A stretch of 64,000 nucleotides of DNA from Chiloscyllium plagiosum. Lineage: Eukaryota. Within the stretch, counting starts at the first letter, position 1. Every line of letters starts with the position of its first letter. The translations under genes and the position numbers were made by a program. This document shows, in pieces, positions 38,611 through 52,440 of this stretch. The stretch lies in contig NC_057754.1 of assembly GCF_004010195.1 (NCBI RefSeq), positions 2,326,228 to 2,390,227 of the forward strand. Direction: 5' to 3'. Under the pieces are notes generated by a model, which saw only the letters and a list, made by a program, of their open reading frames with translations, was not told where the DNA came from and searched no databases.

Positions 38611-38934
38611 CCAGTTGTAAATTATATTTTTCCAACTTACATCCAATATCTATACACAGATCTCAGCAGACCCTGGATAGCAATTAGGAATTAGAGCCCT
38701 GACAAATCTTTCCCTTTCTGTTGTAATCCCAAAGGACAGTTACCTTAATCTTGAATGGAGGGAGTCGAGTCGAGGGTGATAGGCAGTTAGAGAGGACAGG
38801 GGGAATTTAATGCTTACCAAAGGCTTTAGTGAGACCCAGGCAAACTCAATCAAGGATTAAATTTCACAAATACTTGTGAACGCTTCACAGATAGTTTACA
38901 CTCACACACAAACACACACACACACATTCACTCA

Positions 38935-39966
38935 TATGATACAGAACTGGTTCGAAGGTAGAACACAGAGGGTGGTGGTGATGGAGGGGTGTTTTTCAGA
39001 CTGGAGGCCTGTGACCATTGGAGTGCCACAAGGATCGGTACTGGGTCCACTACTTTTCGTCATTTATATAAATGATTTGGATGTGAGCATAAGAAGTATG
39101 GTTAGTAAGTTTGCAGATAACACCAAAATTGGACAGCGAAGAAGATTACTTCAGATTACAATGGGATCTTGATCAGATGGGCCAATGGGCTGAGGAGTGG
39201 CAGATGGAGTTTAATTCAGATAAATGCGAGGTGCTCCATTTTGGGAAAGCAAATCTTAGCAGGACTTATACACTTAATGGTAAGGTCTTAAGGAGTGTTG
39301 CTGAGCAAAACGACCTTGGAGTGCAGGTTCATAGCTCCTTGAAAGTAGAGTCACAGGTAGGTAGGTAGTGAAGAAGGCATTTGGTATGCTTTCCTTTATT
39401 GGTCAGAGCATTGAATACAGGAGTTGGGAGGTTATGTTGCAGCTGTAGAGGATATTGGTGAGACCACGTTTGGAATAGTGCATGCTATTCTGGTCTCCTT
39501 CCTATCCGAAGGATGTTGTGAAACTTGAAAGGGTTCAGAAAAGATTTACAAGGATGTTGCCAGGGTTGGAGGATTTGAGCTATAGGGAGAGGCTGAACAG
39601 GCTGGGGCTGTTTTCCCTGGAGCATTGGAGGTTGAGGGGTGATCTTATAGGTGTTAATAAAATCATGAGGGGTATGGATAGGATAAATAGACAAGGTCAT
39701 TTCCCTGTGGTGTGGGAGTCCAGAATGAGAGGGCATAGGTTTAGGGTGAGAGGGGAAAGGTATAAAGAGACTTAAGGGGCAATGTTTTACACAGAGGGTG
39801 ATATGTGTATGGAATGAGCTGCCAGAGGAAGTGGTGGAGGCTGGTACGATTGCAACATTTAAAAGGCATCCGGATGGGTATATGAATAGGAAGGGTTTGG
39901 AGGGATATGGGCCAGGTGCTGGCAAGTGGGACTGGATTAGGTTAGGAAATCTGTTTGGCATGGACT

Positions 39967-39970
<4 letters not shown>
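38935..39970 (+). mobile_element. CR1/HER1-type LINE RT C-terminal and 3' end
   Basis: GVPQGSVLGPLLFVIYINDLD...SKFADNTK...QWDLDQMGQWAEEWQMEFN; flanked by (CA)n tracts. Confidence 0.93.

Positions 39971-39972
<2 letters not shown>

Positions 39973-40012
<40 letters not shown>
39973..40012. repeat. (CA)n microsatellite
   Basis: About 20 CA units. Confidence 0.9.
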
Positions 40013-40014
<2 letters not shown>

Positions 40015-40819
40015 TAAGTTAATGTTATTGAATGATTTTCACCCACAGGCCGGTATGGCAGGAAAATTGCACGTCATATTTCCAGTCTGTACAAACATTG
40101 CACTCACCGGTCTATGGATGCTGTACAAGCTGAAGAACTGGCAAATGGTGTTGAAACTGTAAATCTGAGTTGAAATTTGTGTAAAACGTACCACTGCTTT
40201 TGAACCTTGAATGTAAAGCCTAAGTTGACCTCTGTGCCACCTTGAACTAACTCTGGTACATTATCACACAGATGGAACTTATCAACATCCTGCATCCCAA
40301 AACTTAGGGCACCTGGAATATCTTTGCAGTTCTGCCTTTTTGATGTGAGGAAAATATCAGGGCACAGACTGCGACCTGCAGCCATGTCTGATCTTGGTCT
40401 CATCTGTCAGCCAGCAGAGATGAGAAGTTTTATTGATGAAAAGCAGTAGACAGCTTGAAATGAATCGTCTGATCTCTAACTGGCAGGATTAGGGACAGTT
40501 GGATTTGTTATTTGATTGCATTGTTAATCTTTTATAAATCTTTTCGATTTTTTTTTTAGTTTCTGGCAAAGGGAAGCACAAGGACCTTCTTCTATATAGA
40601 TTGAAGTCTTTACAGAGATTGTATCCTCCTTGTTTTCAATTTTCCCACTCTCCCAAGGAGAGTGTGGATACCCTGGATACCCTCCAAACATGTTTCCAAT
40701 ATGTGGTGAACCTGCACAGCCAGGGGACGTACAGAACCAGAGTACACGGTCTTGTCTTTGTCTGATACTAACCAATCAGTAATCGCTAATGGGCCAGTGG
40801 GCAGCTGCAAGGCACGACA

Positions 40820-41300
40820 GGATTATCAGCAGCAACGGTGCCTTCACGAAACCCTCCAAATCCATAGACAAGAAAAACCCTCCCATAGCAATGCCCTCTT
40901 CCAAGCCAACTTGCCCAGCATTGAGGGGCCAATTCTTGGGTGAGACATATCATTCAATTGCCTGACACCAGACTACACAGCAAGAGATTTACAGGAGGAT
41001 AGTAGAAACCTGTGGACCATCCTGTAAGTGTCCCTCGGGAGGACAGGCATCTCTGCTGAGTCCTGAGTGACCCTGGCTTGGGACTGAGCCAAATGGAGAA
41101 CGCTCATTCAGGAAGGCACCAAACACATTGAGTGGTTTCATCAGGAAGGTGAGGTTGAGGCATTGGAGGGAAGCACATGGACCTCCAAACACCTCATCTA
41201 CCTGATCCATCTGTGGCAGAGTCCACGGGTCATGTATTGGCTTACCAGCCGTGCCAGACCCGTCAAGCCAGAGTGGAGACAAGCCACTCTCAATCCCGAT
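40820..41300 (+). mobile_element. RTE-clade LINE 3' fragment
   Basis: QQRCLHETLQIHRQEK.SHSNALFQANLPSIE ... TLAWD*AKWRTLIQEGTKHIE ... ICGRVHGSCIGL resembles the RTE ORF C-terminus. Confidence 0.7.
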
Positions 41301-41993
41301 GTGGAGTGGTGAAGAGGGAGAGGAGTGGATAACCTTCTCATTATGAGCTGTAAGGTCGTGAGTTCAAGCTCCATTTCAATATGTCTGAGCAAAATAATCT
41401 CGAGGGGATGCTTCAGCAGAGAATGGAAGGATGTCTGCCTATGTTTTGGATTATGTATTCTTCTGCCTTCTCTTCCAGAAACAGACAATCCCAAAGCACT
41501 ACTGTAAAGAGAAGGCAGTGCTCCCTGGCGGGCATGTCCTAAGTTTAATAGTAGATTTGCAAAGCTGTGCTGCCCACAGTGCAGTTCTTTTTCTGTCCTT
41601 CTAATGGAGTGTTCTAGATGGCGTACCTTGGGAGGGGTAAGTGGTTTGGAAGATCCAAGATTTCCATCTATGACTCAGACACATGCATAACTAGACCCTG
41701 GTTTCCCATGTGTACTACCTGAGCAGTAAGTTGAAAGGGACTGCACTGGTTAGGAGGTAAACATTGTAGCTCAACCCTGGCACGCTAACTGAATATTAAT
41801 CAGTGCTTTAAGAAAATGATCAAAACTTTTCTTTGACCTCTCTCAAAGGCACAGGCTTTTGTTTTCCTAGCACCAGTTTTAGAATTCTAAACTGCAAATG
41901 AGACTTGAACAATATTGCTGTATATCAAAAACAGCAAAAAGCCACTGTCTTGTTTCAGTTTGGTCTCTTTTATTCTCTCCCCTGTCTCTATAG

Positions 41994-42112
41994 ATGTCAT
42001 CCACACAGTGGGACCCATCGTACAGGGGAAGGAGAGGCTGCCAGAGAAAGCCCTCCAGAGTTGTTACATAAAAAGCCTGAAACTAGCAGAGGACAACAAC
42101 CTGCGAACCATT
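41994..42112 (+). CDS. MACROD1: Internal coding exon of a MacroD-type ADP-ribose glycohydrolase (MACROD1 favoured, MACROD2 not excluded)
   Basis: Polypyrimidine tract and TAG acceptor (41991-41993), GTAAGT donor at 42113. The 119-nt exon (phase 1 in, phase 0 out) encodes [Y]VIHTVGPIVQGKERLPEKALQSCYIKSLKLAEDNNLRTI, matching the VIHTVGP...L..CY...L......LRS/TV exon of MACROD1/2. Paralogue choice is from recalled resemblance only. Confidence 0.88.
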
Positions 42113-43607
42113 GTAAGTCTCTTCATAAATATCGAGAGTAAAGTGCAATTAATGGATATTTTAAAATGATTGAAGTCATATAAACTCCTGCCCTGCCTTG
42201 TGAAGACACTGCTGCACGTTAGAACATAATTGCAGAGGTGCCAAGCATTTAGATATTTGGCTTTCTTTGAAACATAAGATCCAAGGGACTGCAAAATAGT
42301 CACAGCTCCCCCGTTTCAACGACAACTTACATTTTGATATTACCGCCAGCATTTTGAAATGTCTCAAAGCATTTCACATAAGGACCATTGTGAAATAAAA
42401 TCTGATGTTGGGCAAGGTGAGGAGACATTAGACCAAAAGCTCAATCGAAGTGTGAACGTTTTTAAGGAGCCTGTTGAAGGCAGGGAGAGAAGTTTTAGGG
42501 AGGGATTTCCAGAGCTTGGCACTCAAGCAGATAACGGTGCAACCACCCCTGATAGAGTGTGTAACATCGGGACACTCAATGTTAAATGGATCTTAGACAG
42601 ATAGTGAACCAGGAACCGAGAGACGCCGTGACATTATTCTATAGAGTGTGGCCTATTGTTGCAGCTCTCCCCTTTTTATACTGTGTTGAATGCTCCAATC
42701 AAGTATGTAACGTAAACTGAATTTCAAAGGAAACGTAACCATTTTCACTGTTATTTTGTTAGGGGTTTGGCGCACTTCAGCCCCAATGGATGCTTCCATC
42801 TGTGGAAGGTCTCAAGCGTACCAGTGTACACCATGTGCTCCCTCTCCAGGAACATCCAGGTGATGACATAACCCCACACAAGGTGGGCCAGGCAAAAGGG
42901 TCTAACAAGCTCCTTGCAGCCTGCTGCCTGGATCTGCCAGTGGTTGGGTCCCAGAGCTGACCAATGACAATTTGCCTTGCCCTTACACCCTTCAATAGGT
43001 AGCCAGCTATTCAGATGGTAGGACTGAAGTGTAAACTGAACATTCAAGAGCAGCCCCCTCAAATAAGCAGATATAATCTGTAACCTAACACACCTTATAG
43101 GCATAGAACACAGAATCCATAAGGCCACAAAAACACTGGCAGCCTGGGAGTCTGTGAATGTCTTAGTCCCCTATTGTACTGGAATGCTGCATGCAACACA
43201 ATTAATTGAACACCCAATACAACTTCACGCTTGACCGTAACTATGCAATTGATGTAATTTTAACATCAAAAGGCCATCATTGAGCTTTGGGGATCTTGAA
43301 GGATTGCAGGGCTGGAACTAGCTCCTGAGAGAAGCTTACCTGATGTACAGACTTGCATTTTCCACTTCGGGTTGGAACATAGCAATCAGGAGCAAGAATC
43401 CTGGCTGACATGTTCCCCCTCAGTGGTCAGTGAGGGCCAATTTTGGCAGCCATAAAGTCACCTGGCTGGAATCAAAGAAACAGACAAATTACATCCTAGA
43501 TGATATTCTGAAGCCCAAGACTTCTTGAAAAGTGGTAACTGTTGTGATGTCGAAATGTAAATGCCAAGTTGTTCACAGCAGACTCCAGCAAACAAAAAGA
43601 TAAATGA

Positions 43608-43834
43608 ATCAAACAAAGCAAAGAACTCCAGATACTGGAAACCTGAAACATAACAGAAATTGCTGGAGAAACTGAGCAGGTCTGGCAGCATCTGTAGAGA
43701 AAAAAAACAGAGTTAATGGTTGAAATCCAGTGACCAGAGTCTAGTCTAGAAAGGATTTGAGAGGTTGGCTGGTTTTTTTCTCCACAGATGCTGCCAGAGC
43801 TGCTGAGTTTCTCCAGCAATTTCTGTTCTTGAAC
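43608..43834. mobile_element. PLE-derived asymmetric fold-back
   Basis: TSD aagataaatga at 43597-43607 and 43835-43845; inverted arms acagaaattgctggagaaact.../...agtttctccagcaatttctgt. Confidence 0.8.
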
Positions 43835-44149
43835 AAGATAAATGATCTATTTTTAGTGATGTTGGTTAAAAACATGTTCGTAACTTGAGAAAAGTTGGTT
43901 TATGTAGCCTAATTGATCATTTAAACTACCTTGCTTGTTTATGGTACTCACACTGGCTGAGGCTGGTCTTCTCTCCAGTGATGACCTTTCAAGATTCACT
44001 TGTCCTGATTACCTTCGCATCTTTTCAAAGTTATTTTTCTGTGATGTATCAGCTTCTCTCTCACATCCTTTTCCTTGGTCTGTATGATAGATTCTCTTCT
44101 TCATGAGCAGAGACACAGAGGACGTTCCTGTAACATTCAAATAGACGTA

Positions 44150-44485
44150 CTGTGGATCCTGAGGATCTGAAATAAAAACAGAAAGTGCTGGAGAAACTCA
44201 GTAGGTCTGGCAGCGTCTGTGGAGAGAGAAGCTGTTAACATGTCAGATCCAATTTGACACTTCTTCGAAATTCAGTTCTAAGTCATGCCGGATTCTCGTT
44301 CCACATGAATAGGAAGCGTTTAAAAGGATATGGGCCAAATGCTAGCAAATACGACTTGATTTAATTAGGATATCTGGTCGGCATGGACACATTGGACTGA
44401 AGAGTCTGTTTCCGTGCTGTACATCTCTATGATTCTATGACACAGATACTGCCAGACTTGCTGAGTTGATCCATACTTTCTCTTC
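44150..44485. mobile_element. PLE fold-back with a CR1 3' tail (~44301-44440) inserted
   Basis: gaaagtgctggagaaactcagtaggtctggcagc is inverted to ctgccagacttgctgagttgatccatactttc. Confidence 0.6.
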
Positions 44486-44992
44486 GTATTTCTGTTAATG
44501 CTACCTCCTCAGAAAATGCATGAACATTATACCACACTTGATTTAAACCATATTCTTCCATTATAGCAACCTTAAGCTGCTTTCTTGTTACTATATTAGT
44601 GTGAGGCTCCTGAGACATGAAAAGCATTCATCTTGAACAGAAGAGACAATAACCCAGAGATCAAGGCTGCAGACTCCATCCCCATGCTGTTAAGTTCCAT
44701 GGACTACTGCACTCTGCCTGTTAATGGCATGGATATGGCCCTTCCCTTTAGTAATATCAATTCACATCAGACAAATAGGAGATTTTTCAAGGGGAAACAT
44801 CCATTTCTTTCATTCCTCTGCTTGATTTCTCTAATGGTTTAGCGCCATGCTGGGACTATACATCAAATGTTACTTATGTTTTGCACATTTGGATTGTTAG
44901 GTATCTCCAATCGTTGAGAGCCAGGGGGGAATATCTCCCTGAAGGAACATTGTAGAAAGCTCTAGCTGCCTTTTGTGTTACAGCACAGATAA

Positions 44993-45752
44993 AGTCATAG
45001 AGATGTACAGCACGGAAACAGACCCTTAGGTCCAACTCGTCCATGCCGACCAGATATCCTAAATAAATCTAGTCCCATTTGCCAGCCCATATCCCTCCAA
45101 ACCCTTTCTATTCATATACCCATCCAAATGCCTTTTAAATGTTGTAATTGTACCAGCCTCCACCACTTCCTCTGACAACTCATTCCATACACGCACCGCC
45201 CTCTGTGTGAAAAAGTTGCCCCTTAGGTTCTTTTTAAATCATTACCCTCTCACCCTAAACCTATGCCGTCTAGTTTTGGACTCTTCCACCCTGGGGAAAA
45301 TACCTTGTCTAATTACTGTATCCTTGCCCCACATGATTTTATAAACCTCTATAAGGTCCACCCTCAGCCTCCTACTTTCCAGGGAAAACAGCCCCAGTCT
45401 ATTCAGCCTCTCCCTATAGCTCAAACCCTCCAACCCTGCCAACACCCTTGTAAATCTTCTTTGAACCCTTTCTAGTTTCACAGCATGTTTCCTGTAATAG
45501 GGAGACCAGAAGTGAACACAGTATTCCAAAATTGGCCTCAACAACATCCTGTCAAGCCGCAAACTGACCTCCCAACTGCTATACTCAATGTACTGTACAA
45601 AGGCAAGCAAATCAAACACCTTCTTCACTACCCTGTCTACCTTGAACTCCACTTTCAAGGAACTATGAACCTGCACTCCAAGGTCTTTTTGTTCAGCAAC
45701 ACTCCCCAGGACCTTACCACTACATGTGAAAGTCCTGCCCTTATTTGCCTGA
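44993..45752 (-). mobile_element. CR1/HER1-type LINE 3' fragment
   Basis: ORF 45242-45760: GKVLGSVAEQKDLGVQVHSSLKV...RPILEYCVHFWSP...ERVQRRFTR. Confidence 0.93.
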
Positions 45753-47371
45753 TCTTCCATTTAGTCCTCAGTCTTTCAGCTCAGCTTCATCCTGTGCAAG
45801 AGGGCAGAAGTAGAATGCAAATGACTTTTGATCAGTGCCTGGAAAAGCCTTTTGGAGATTTATAAGGATTTTATCGTAAAACTATAGTTTAGCCCAAACA
45901 CCAGTTTCCAGCTTTCCCTTTTGCTCAGTGGAGAACCCAGACCGCACTGGGGAAGAATACATTGTCCAATGCACATCACCTATACTCCGTTAACTCTGAA
46001 ACCATTCTGGTAACCCTTCAACAGCGCCTGTACTGCTAATACTGACACTGACAAGGAAACAGAGAACGCCCAAGGCACAATGAACCTTACCACAGCGAGG
46101 ATTGAACACATTTTAGGCAGCAAGTGATAAGATACAAGAGATCCACTGAAAATTAAAAAGAGAAGCATAGGTTGGCATATAATCAATATGGAACCAGTGC
46201 AATCCTATTCACCAGAATTACCTCAGGGATGTGGTGCAGACACAGAGATTATACAACAATACGCAGCAGCCTGGTATTAAACTGATCCTCTGCTTGCATT
46301 GTTCTATCTAATAATGTGCCTAGCAGCATGTGATACAGATTGGCTGCAGAATGCCCTAAACAATGAGTCTTTTGGCTCCTGTCTCTGAGGCTGAACTGAT
46401 TGAGAACCAGATGGGGGCTGCAGTGCTTTGATATTGTTTCTTTTCCCTGTTGTCTTTGTTTCTTTCAATTAGTCTTCTTCGACAAATAGTATAAGATTTC
46501 TACTCTTCACAACGACCATTCTGAGTGAAATCATTAATTACTGATCAATTATATAAAAGCTTATCTTGGACTGGTTGCTGTTAATGTCAGTAACTATCCT
46601 AAATGCTATTTGACCAGTGATCATTTTGGCCTCTTTTCCCAAGATAGCTGACCCCGGTAGTGTCCAGTCTGTTGGGGAATGCCTGCAGATTCATGTGTCC
46701 TGCCTCTGACTCTCTTTAAACTGCTGCTTGGCCTACTCTGCATTTGCAGTGGGTCCTGTTTCAGTGGCGCTTCTCCCGCAGTCTCAGTATTCCTTCTTAC
46801 CTCTTGAGCGAATACACAGCAGGGCAGAATCTGGATAACAGATGCATTCATTCAGTACCGTCATTACCATCTTTAATTTACATCGTCAGAGCCATAATGT
46901 AACTGAGTGCCATTTAGCGTATGAGTTGGTGGGACAGATTAGAATTTAAACATCACAGCCATCAGTGGATTTTGGTGCAGAACTATTTAGGAGGAAAAAA
47001 CCCTGAATCGTATCTATTAATTGTGTTGAATAATGGCTAAATATTGCTCAGGATATGAGGAAACTGCTGATTTTCTTGATTGCAGTAGAGGCCTGGGGCT
47101 TGAGATGAGGCAGCTAAATCTAACCATAAATTACACAGTAGTGCACTGAGGAAAAAAGGAATTGTGACCGATCAAAGTTGGTTCTGCAGATTATTGGTAT
47201 CGGTGACATTCATTGGCCACAGTACAAGCTCCACCTGACTAGTATCGAGTCCAGGTAGGTGATCTGATCTGCCCTCACAGTCTGCTGTAACTACAGTGAT
47301 GGGCTATTTATCAGCAACAGGATTTGTACCTGACAAGGCAAAATTCTGTTAGCTCCAGTAAAATAAGAACT

Positions 47372-48000
47372 AGATAGAATCATACAGCACAGAAACAGAC
47401 TCTTCATCCAACTACTCCATGCCGAACATAAACCCAAATTAAACTAGTCCCACAGAAGCGCTTCACAGGAGGCTCCCAAGCACTGAGGATGTCACCTAGA
47501 CAGGGGACAAAACGTCTGCAACACAAATTCCCAGCTCAGCAAGCAGAACCACAACAACTAGTCCCACCTTCCAGCTCCTGACCCAGATCCCTCCAAACCT
47601 TTCCTCTTCATGTATTTATGAAAATGTCTTTTAAATGTTGTAATTGTACCCACATCTACCACTTCCTCAGGAAGTTCATTCCACATGCGAACCACCCTCT
47701 GTGTAAAAGCATTGCCCCTCATGTCTTCTTTTAATTCTCTCTCCTCTCATCTTAAAAATGTGCCCCCTAGTCTTGAAATCCTTCATCCTAGGGAAAAGAC
47801 ATCTGCCACTAACACTGCCTATACCTCTCATTATTTTATAAACTTCTATTACATCGCCTCTCAACCTCCTACGCTCCAGTAAAAACGGTCCCAACCTATC
47901 CAGCCTTTCTTTATAACTCAGACCTTCCATACCTCTCAACATCCTGGTAACTCTCTTCTAAGCCCTCTCCAGCTTAATAATATCCTTCCTATAGCTGGGC
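47372..48000 (-). mobile_element. CR1 LINE 3' fragment
   Basis: MLRGMEGLSYKERLDRLG.F.LERRRLRGDVIEVYKIMRG; interrupted by a PLE insert. Confidence 0.88.
47454..47555 (+). mobile_element. PLE terminal-repeat insertion with hammerhead motif (47480-47519)
   Basis: TSD aactagtcccac at 47442-47453 and 47556-47567. GCA CUGAGGA UGUC...GAC aAAAC GUC UGC carries a G-to-A change in the GAAA core. Confidence 0.8.
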
Positions 48001-48624
48001 ACTGAAAGATCTTTCATGCAACTCCTGTTATCTACATATAAATTACAGTTATGGTCACTGCTCCATCATGGCTAGTACTGAGCACTTTGATTACAAATTG
48101 TTGCATGCTTCCCTCGTTGTATCATTCTGCAAGTGGCACCAGTAAGATGGTGACTGAGACGTTTACAGCGTCAGGTCAAAAGCTATGGTATGTGTCTCAT
48201 GAAGGTATATTGCATTCCAGCTGTAAAGCATCACACGACAGTGGGCAACATGCTTAATATTCCAGCTGCCTCGGTTTCTCCTATAATGAATAATGGGAAA
48301 ATGCACAGTAAGCCAGTTGATCCAGTCATGGGATTTAGACAATGCCTTAAACTTGAAGTACAAACTCCAGGTGGTTTATCAATGTCATCAGTGCATGCTA
48401 TATTTCCTTCCTTCTCCATTTGTTTGTTTCTCAAAGAGATCTCGGGCAATAGGAAGGAAGGTGTTTCATTTTTTCCACAATGCCAGAACACTCTGAAGCA
48501 CTTTGCTGGCTATGTAGTCACTGGCTGAATTGTACGATAAGTGACCAGCAGCAAGCTTGCACAAACAGCACTGGAAGAAAGACAAGATAATGTGGTGTAG
48601 TGTTATTGTTTGCAAGATACAATT

Positions 48625-49520
48625 GTCAGTATAGTGAACAGTGAAGAAGGTTACCTCACAGTGCAACAGGATCTTGATCAGATGGATTAATGGGCCAAGG
48701 AGTAGCAGATGGGAGTTTAATTTAGATACATGCGAGGTGCTGCACTTTGGAAAGGCAAATCAGGGCAGGACTTATACACTTAATGGTAAGGTCCTGGGGA
48801 GTGTTGCTGAACAAAGAGACCTTGGAGGGCAGGGTCATAGCTCCTTGGAAGTGGAATCACAGGTAGATAGAATAGTAAAGAAGGTGTTTGGTATGCTTTC
48901 CTTTATTGGTCAGTGCATTAAGTATAGGAGTTGGTAGGTCATGTTGTGGCTGTACAGGACATTGGTTAGGTCACTTTTGGAATACTGCATACAGTTCTGG
49001 TCTCCATGCTATGGGAAGGATGTTGTGAAACCTAAAAGGGTTCAGAAAAGATTTACAAGGATGTTTCCATAATTAGAGAGCTCCAGCTAGAGGGAGGGGC
49101 TGAATGGACCCGGTCTATTTTCCCTGAAGTGTCAGAGGCTGAGAGGTTATAGAGGTTTATAAAATCATGGGGGTGCATGGGTAGAATAAATAGACAAGTA
49201 TTTTCCTCTGGTGGGGGAGTCCAAAGCTAGAGGGCATAGGTTTAAAATGAGAAGGGGAAGAATTAAAAGGGACCTAAGGGACAACTTTTTCACGCAGAGG
49301 GTGATGCGTATATGGAATGAGCTGCCAGAGGAAGTGGTGGAGACTGGTGCAATTACATCATTTAAAAGGCATCTGGATGGGTATTTGAACAGGAAGGATA
49401 TAGAGGGATATGGGCCAATTTGCTGGCAAATGGGACTAGATTAATTTAGGACATCTGGTCAGCATGGGCGAGTTGGACTGAAGGGTATGTTTCTGTGCTG
49501 CATATCTTTATGTCTCTACA
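48625..49520 (+). mobile_element. CR1/HER1-type LINE 3' fragment
   Basis: WEFNLDTCEVLHFGKANQGRTYTLNGKVL...WNELPEEVVE. Confidence 0.92.
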
Positions 49521-49663
49521 CCTGTTGGTCAGGACAGTACTGAGCTCCAATGTTTTGCTTCAAATGGTGCCAAGGGATCTGTTCTACTGCTTACTGTGGG
49601 ATAATCAGATGAAGCTAAAAATCATACATCTCCAGGGTATAGTCCAACAGGTTTATTTGGAAG

Positions 49664-49698
49664 CACTAGCTTTCGGAGCACTGCTCCTTCATCAGGTG
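49664..49698 (-). ncRNA. Minimal hammerhead ribozyme motif
   Basis: Minus strand: CAC CUGAUGA A GGAGC-AGU-GCUCC GAAA GCUA GUG. Confidence 0.78.
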
Positions 49699-49819
49699 GT
49701 TGTGTGATGTTTAACTTTGTATAGGTAAAAACAATGACTGCAGATGCTGGAATCCAGATTCTGGATCAGTGGTGCTGGAAGAGCACAGCAATTCAGGCAG
49801 CATCCGACGAGCAGCAAAA

Positions 49820-49851
49820 TCGACGTTTCGGGCAAAAGCCTTTCATCAGGA
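49820..49851 (-). ncRNA. Minimal hammerhead ribozyme motif
   Basis: Minus strand: UC CUGAUGA A aGGC-UUUU-GCCC GAAAC GUC GA. Confidence 0.7.
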
Positions 49852-52022
49852 ATAAAGGTGGAGTTAACTTTGTTTACCCTAGTCCAACACCGGCATCTCC
49901 ATATCGTAATCAGATGAGATATTGAATGGCTCGAGGGGCTGGGACCTATTACATCCATATGTTTATATGTTCAGCTGAAGGGGCAGCCAGGGCCTCAGTT
50001 TAGTATTTCATGCACAAGATGGCACTCCCTCTCTGGTGCAGGAGCAGTTGTCCAGCAGCCATGAACAGTTGATTTCAGAGAAGGAGGCAGGCAGTCACTC
50101 TTGGCTGGTGAGTTTGTTCTACTGCAAGCTCAGGAAAAATAGATTAGATATATTCAGTGATAAATGGCAGTGTGTGATTGGCCCATCATGCTTACACTTT
50201 TTACAGTGTTTTGTCAAGAAAGGAAATTCCATTTGTCCTGTTGTGTAAGCTGATTATAATCGCTGGGGGGGTGTGTAAAGAGGTGAGTACATTGCCTTTG
50301 GCATCAGTGTTCACAGTGCATCGCAGACAATCTCCCCATCCAGGCCTGAGGTAGACACTTAGCAGAAGTATTCGCACTGCATTGCTTTCCTTAGATTAAC
50401 ATTGTGATAACCAATGTGTGATGGAAGCTAACTGCAGGATGAGTTCCAACAAAACCTGCTGTCTTGTTAGAATCACTTTGTCTGGGGAAATATTTTTGAC
50501 AGACAAGGGGAAAAGCCGCAATTGATTCTGATGGTATTGTTTTCACCCCCACCCCGCAACACTGCATGTAAACATAGTGCCTTGGGGGTTTTCCACTGAA
50601 GGGCGTGTGAATATTTTCACCAAGCACTGACTAATAGGGCACTTAGGGAAGCAGTTCATTATTGATGAGGCACACTAGCAGCTGAGGATTTCTTATTTTC
50701 AATTTATTCTTTCTCTTCAGTTTGTTTTCTTCACTGGTCAATAAGCGATTTTGGATTTAACCCATTCCACATTTCTCACAAGCCCATCTGTCATCTCTGT
50801 GCTGTGAGACTGTTTGCTGAACTTCCCTTTTAGATTGATTGAAATCTTCCAGCTGAATCTCACTAAGTTCAAAAGCATCGACCTACAAAGTTGGCTCACA
50901 ATTTCAGGCTGTAATTGAATTCCACTAGGCTCCATATGAAGATCATGGAGAAACACATGCAAACTCATCTTTACAAGTTCATTCTGAGGATGTGAACGTC
51001 ATTGACAAGGTCAGTCCTTGTTTCCTATCCTAAATTGCCCCTGAGAAGGGGATGCAGTCTATGTGGTGTAGGAATACCAAAAGCTCAATCAAAACTCTGT
51101 TGCCTGTATCTAATCTGACATCACGTCCCATTGACCCATCACTCCCATGCTTGTTATATCAGCTACCTGTCCCAATTTCAAATCCTCATCCCTATGTTTA
51201 TATTGCTCCATAACCATCCCTCACTCTGTAACCTTACAGCCTGACCCCATACTATACCCTTCCTTCCTTTCATACACCTCTTCTGAATCTCTGTCTGTTT
51301 TAGTCATATTACTTGGACTTGTGTCATCAGCCACACCAGGACCCACTAACAAAATGTTCCATCTAAACCCCTCCACTGCCTCTTTAACCAAATCGCAAAC
51401 CGCTCCTAATCTGAATCCTAACATGACTTAATGGTTGCCTAGTTGAGAGGGTGCAATTCTATATTTAGTCTTAGGAAATAAGGTTGAACAGGTCGATGAA
51501 GTAGCAATGAGTGGCCATTTTGGAAATAGTGATCATAATATAGTTAAATTCAGCATCATTATGGAATGGGACAAAGCACGGCAGTAAAAGTTCAAAACTG
51601 GGGAAACTTCATGAAGTTGAGAAATGATCTGGAAAAAAGACTGGTTATAGCTACGTAAAGGAAAGTCGGTGATAAATTAGTGGAAGGTATTCATAAGTGA
51701 GAATCTCCAAGCAGAGTAGGCATGTTCCACAAAAGGAAAAGATCATGTTGCATCTAGAGTTCGCAGGTTATCTGCAAGTGTACAGGATCAGATAAAACAG
51801 AAAAGTAGAGTTGAGACAGTCTCAAACAAAAGGAATGCTTTAGGAAGCTTAGAGGAGGAGAGGAAGTACATGGATGGCATGGAAAGGAAACTAGGATAAC
51901 AAAGAGAGGTTATGAAAAATTATTGTACAATAATACAGTAAAATTAAGGAAAATCCAAAGTTGTTTTCCAATACACTAAGAGCAAGAGGATGAGTCAGGA
52001 AAGGGTTGCCCCTCTCAGAGAT

Positions 52023-52191
52023 ATGATGTGGAGATGCCGGTGGTGGACTGGGGTGGACAAAGTTAAAAATCACACAACACCAGGTTACAGTCCAACAGGT
52101 TTATTTGGAAGCACTAGCTTTCAGAGCGCTGCTCCTACATCAGGTAGGCATGACGGACTAAACCTGATGTTGTGTGATTTTTAACTTTGTC
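52023..52191. mobile_element. PLE asymmetric fold-back (tagtccaacagg family)
   Basis: Full left arm with a decayed minus-strand hammerhead (~52112-52145); right arm ends at ttaactttgtc without the tail. Confidence 0.8.
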
Positions 52192-52440
52192 GACTGGAGT
52201 AGGGAAAGGGGATGGTGGTCAGTGAATGTAACAAGTAAAGTTTTCTCTGTCACCATGTCAGCTCTGCACTCCCTCCACTCCAGTGGGACTGTCTGTTCTT
52301 TCCAATCTGGCAATTAGACACACCATTCTGCCATTCTCACATTCCGATCACTTAATGTGCACTATCAACACCTTTTCTCCCCAGCACTCCACCCCTATAC
52401 TATTGCATAAATACTGCCTCCTCCACACTTCAGGTCAATG

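Larger units (their letters stand above)
49612..49906. mobile_element. PLE asymmetric fold-back with a nested PLE insert (49721-49863)
   Basis: Outer TSD taatcagatga at 49602-49612 and 49907-49917; inner TSD ttaactttgt at 49711-49720 and 49864-49873. Confidence 0.85.

Noticed and set aside
41915..42169. 84-aa ORF as a standalone gene
   Set aside because: Only 41994-42112 is macrodomain-like and it is bounded by AG/GT; the flanks are intron read-through.
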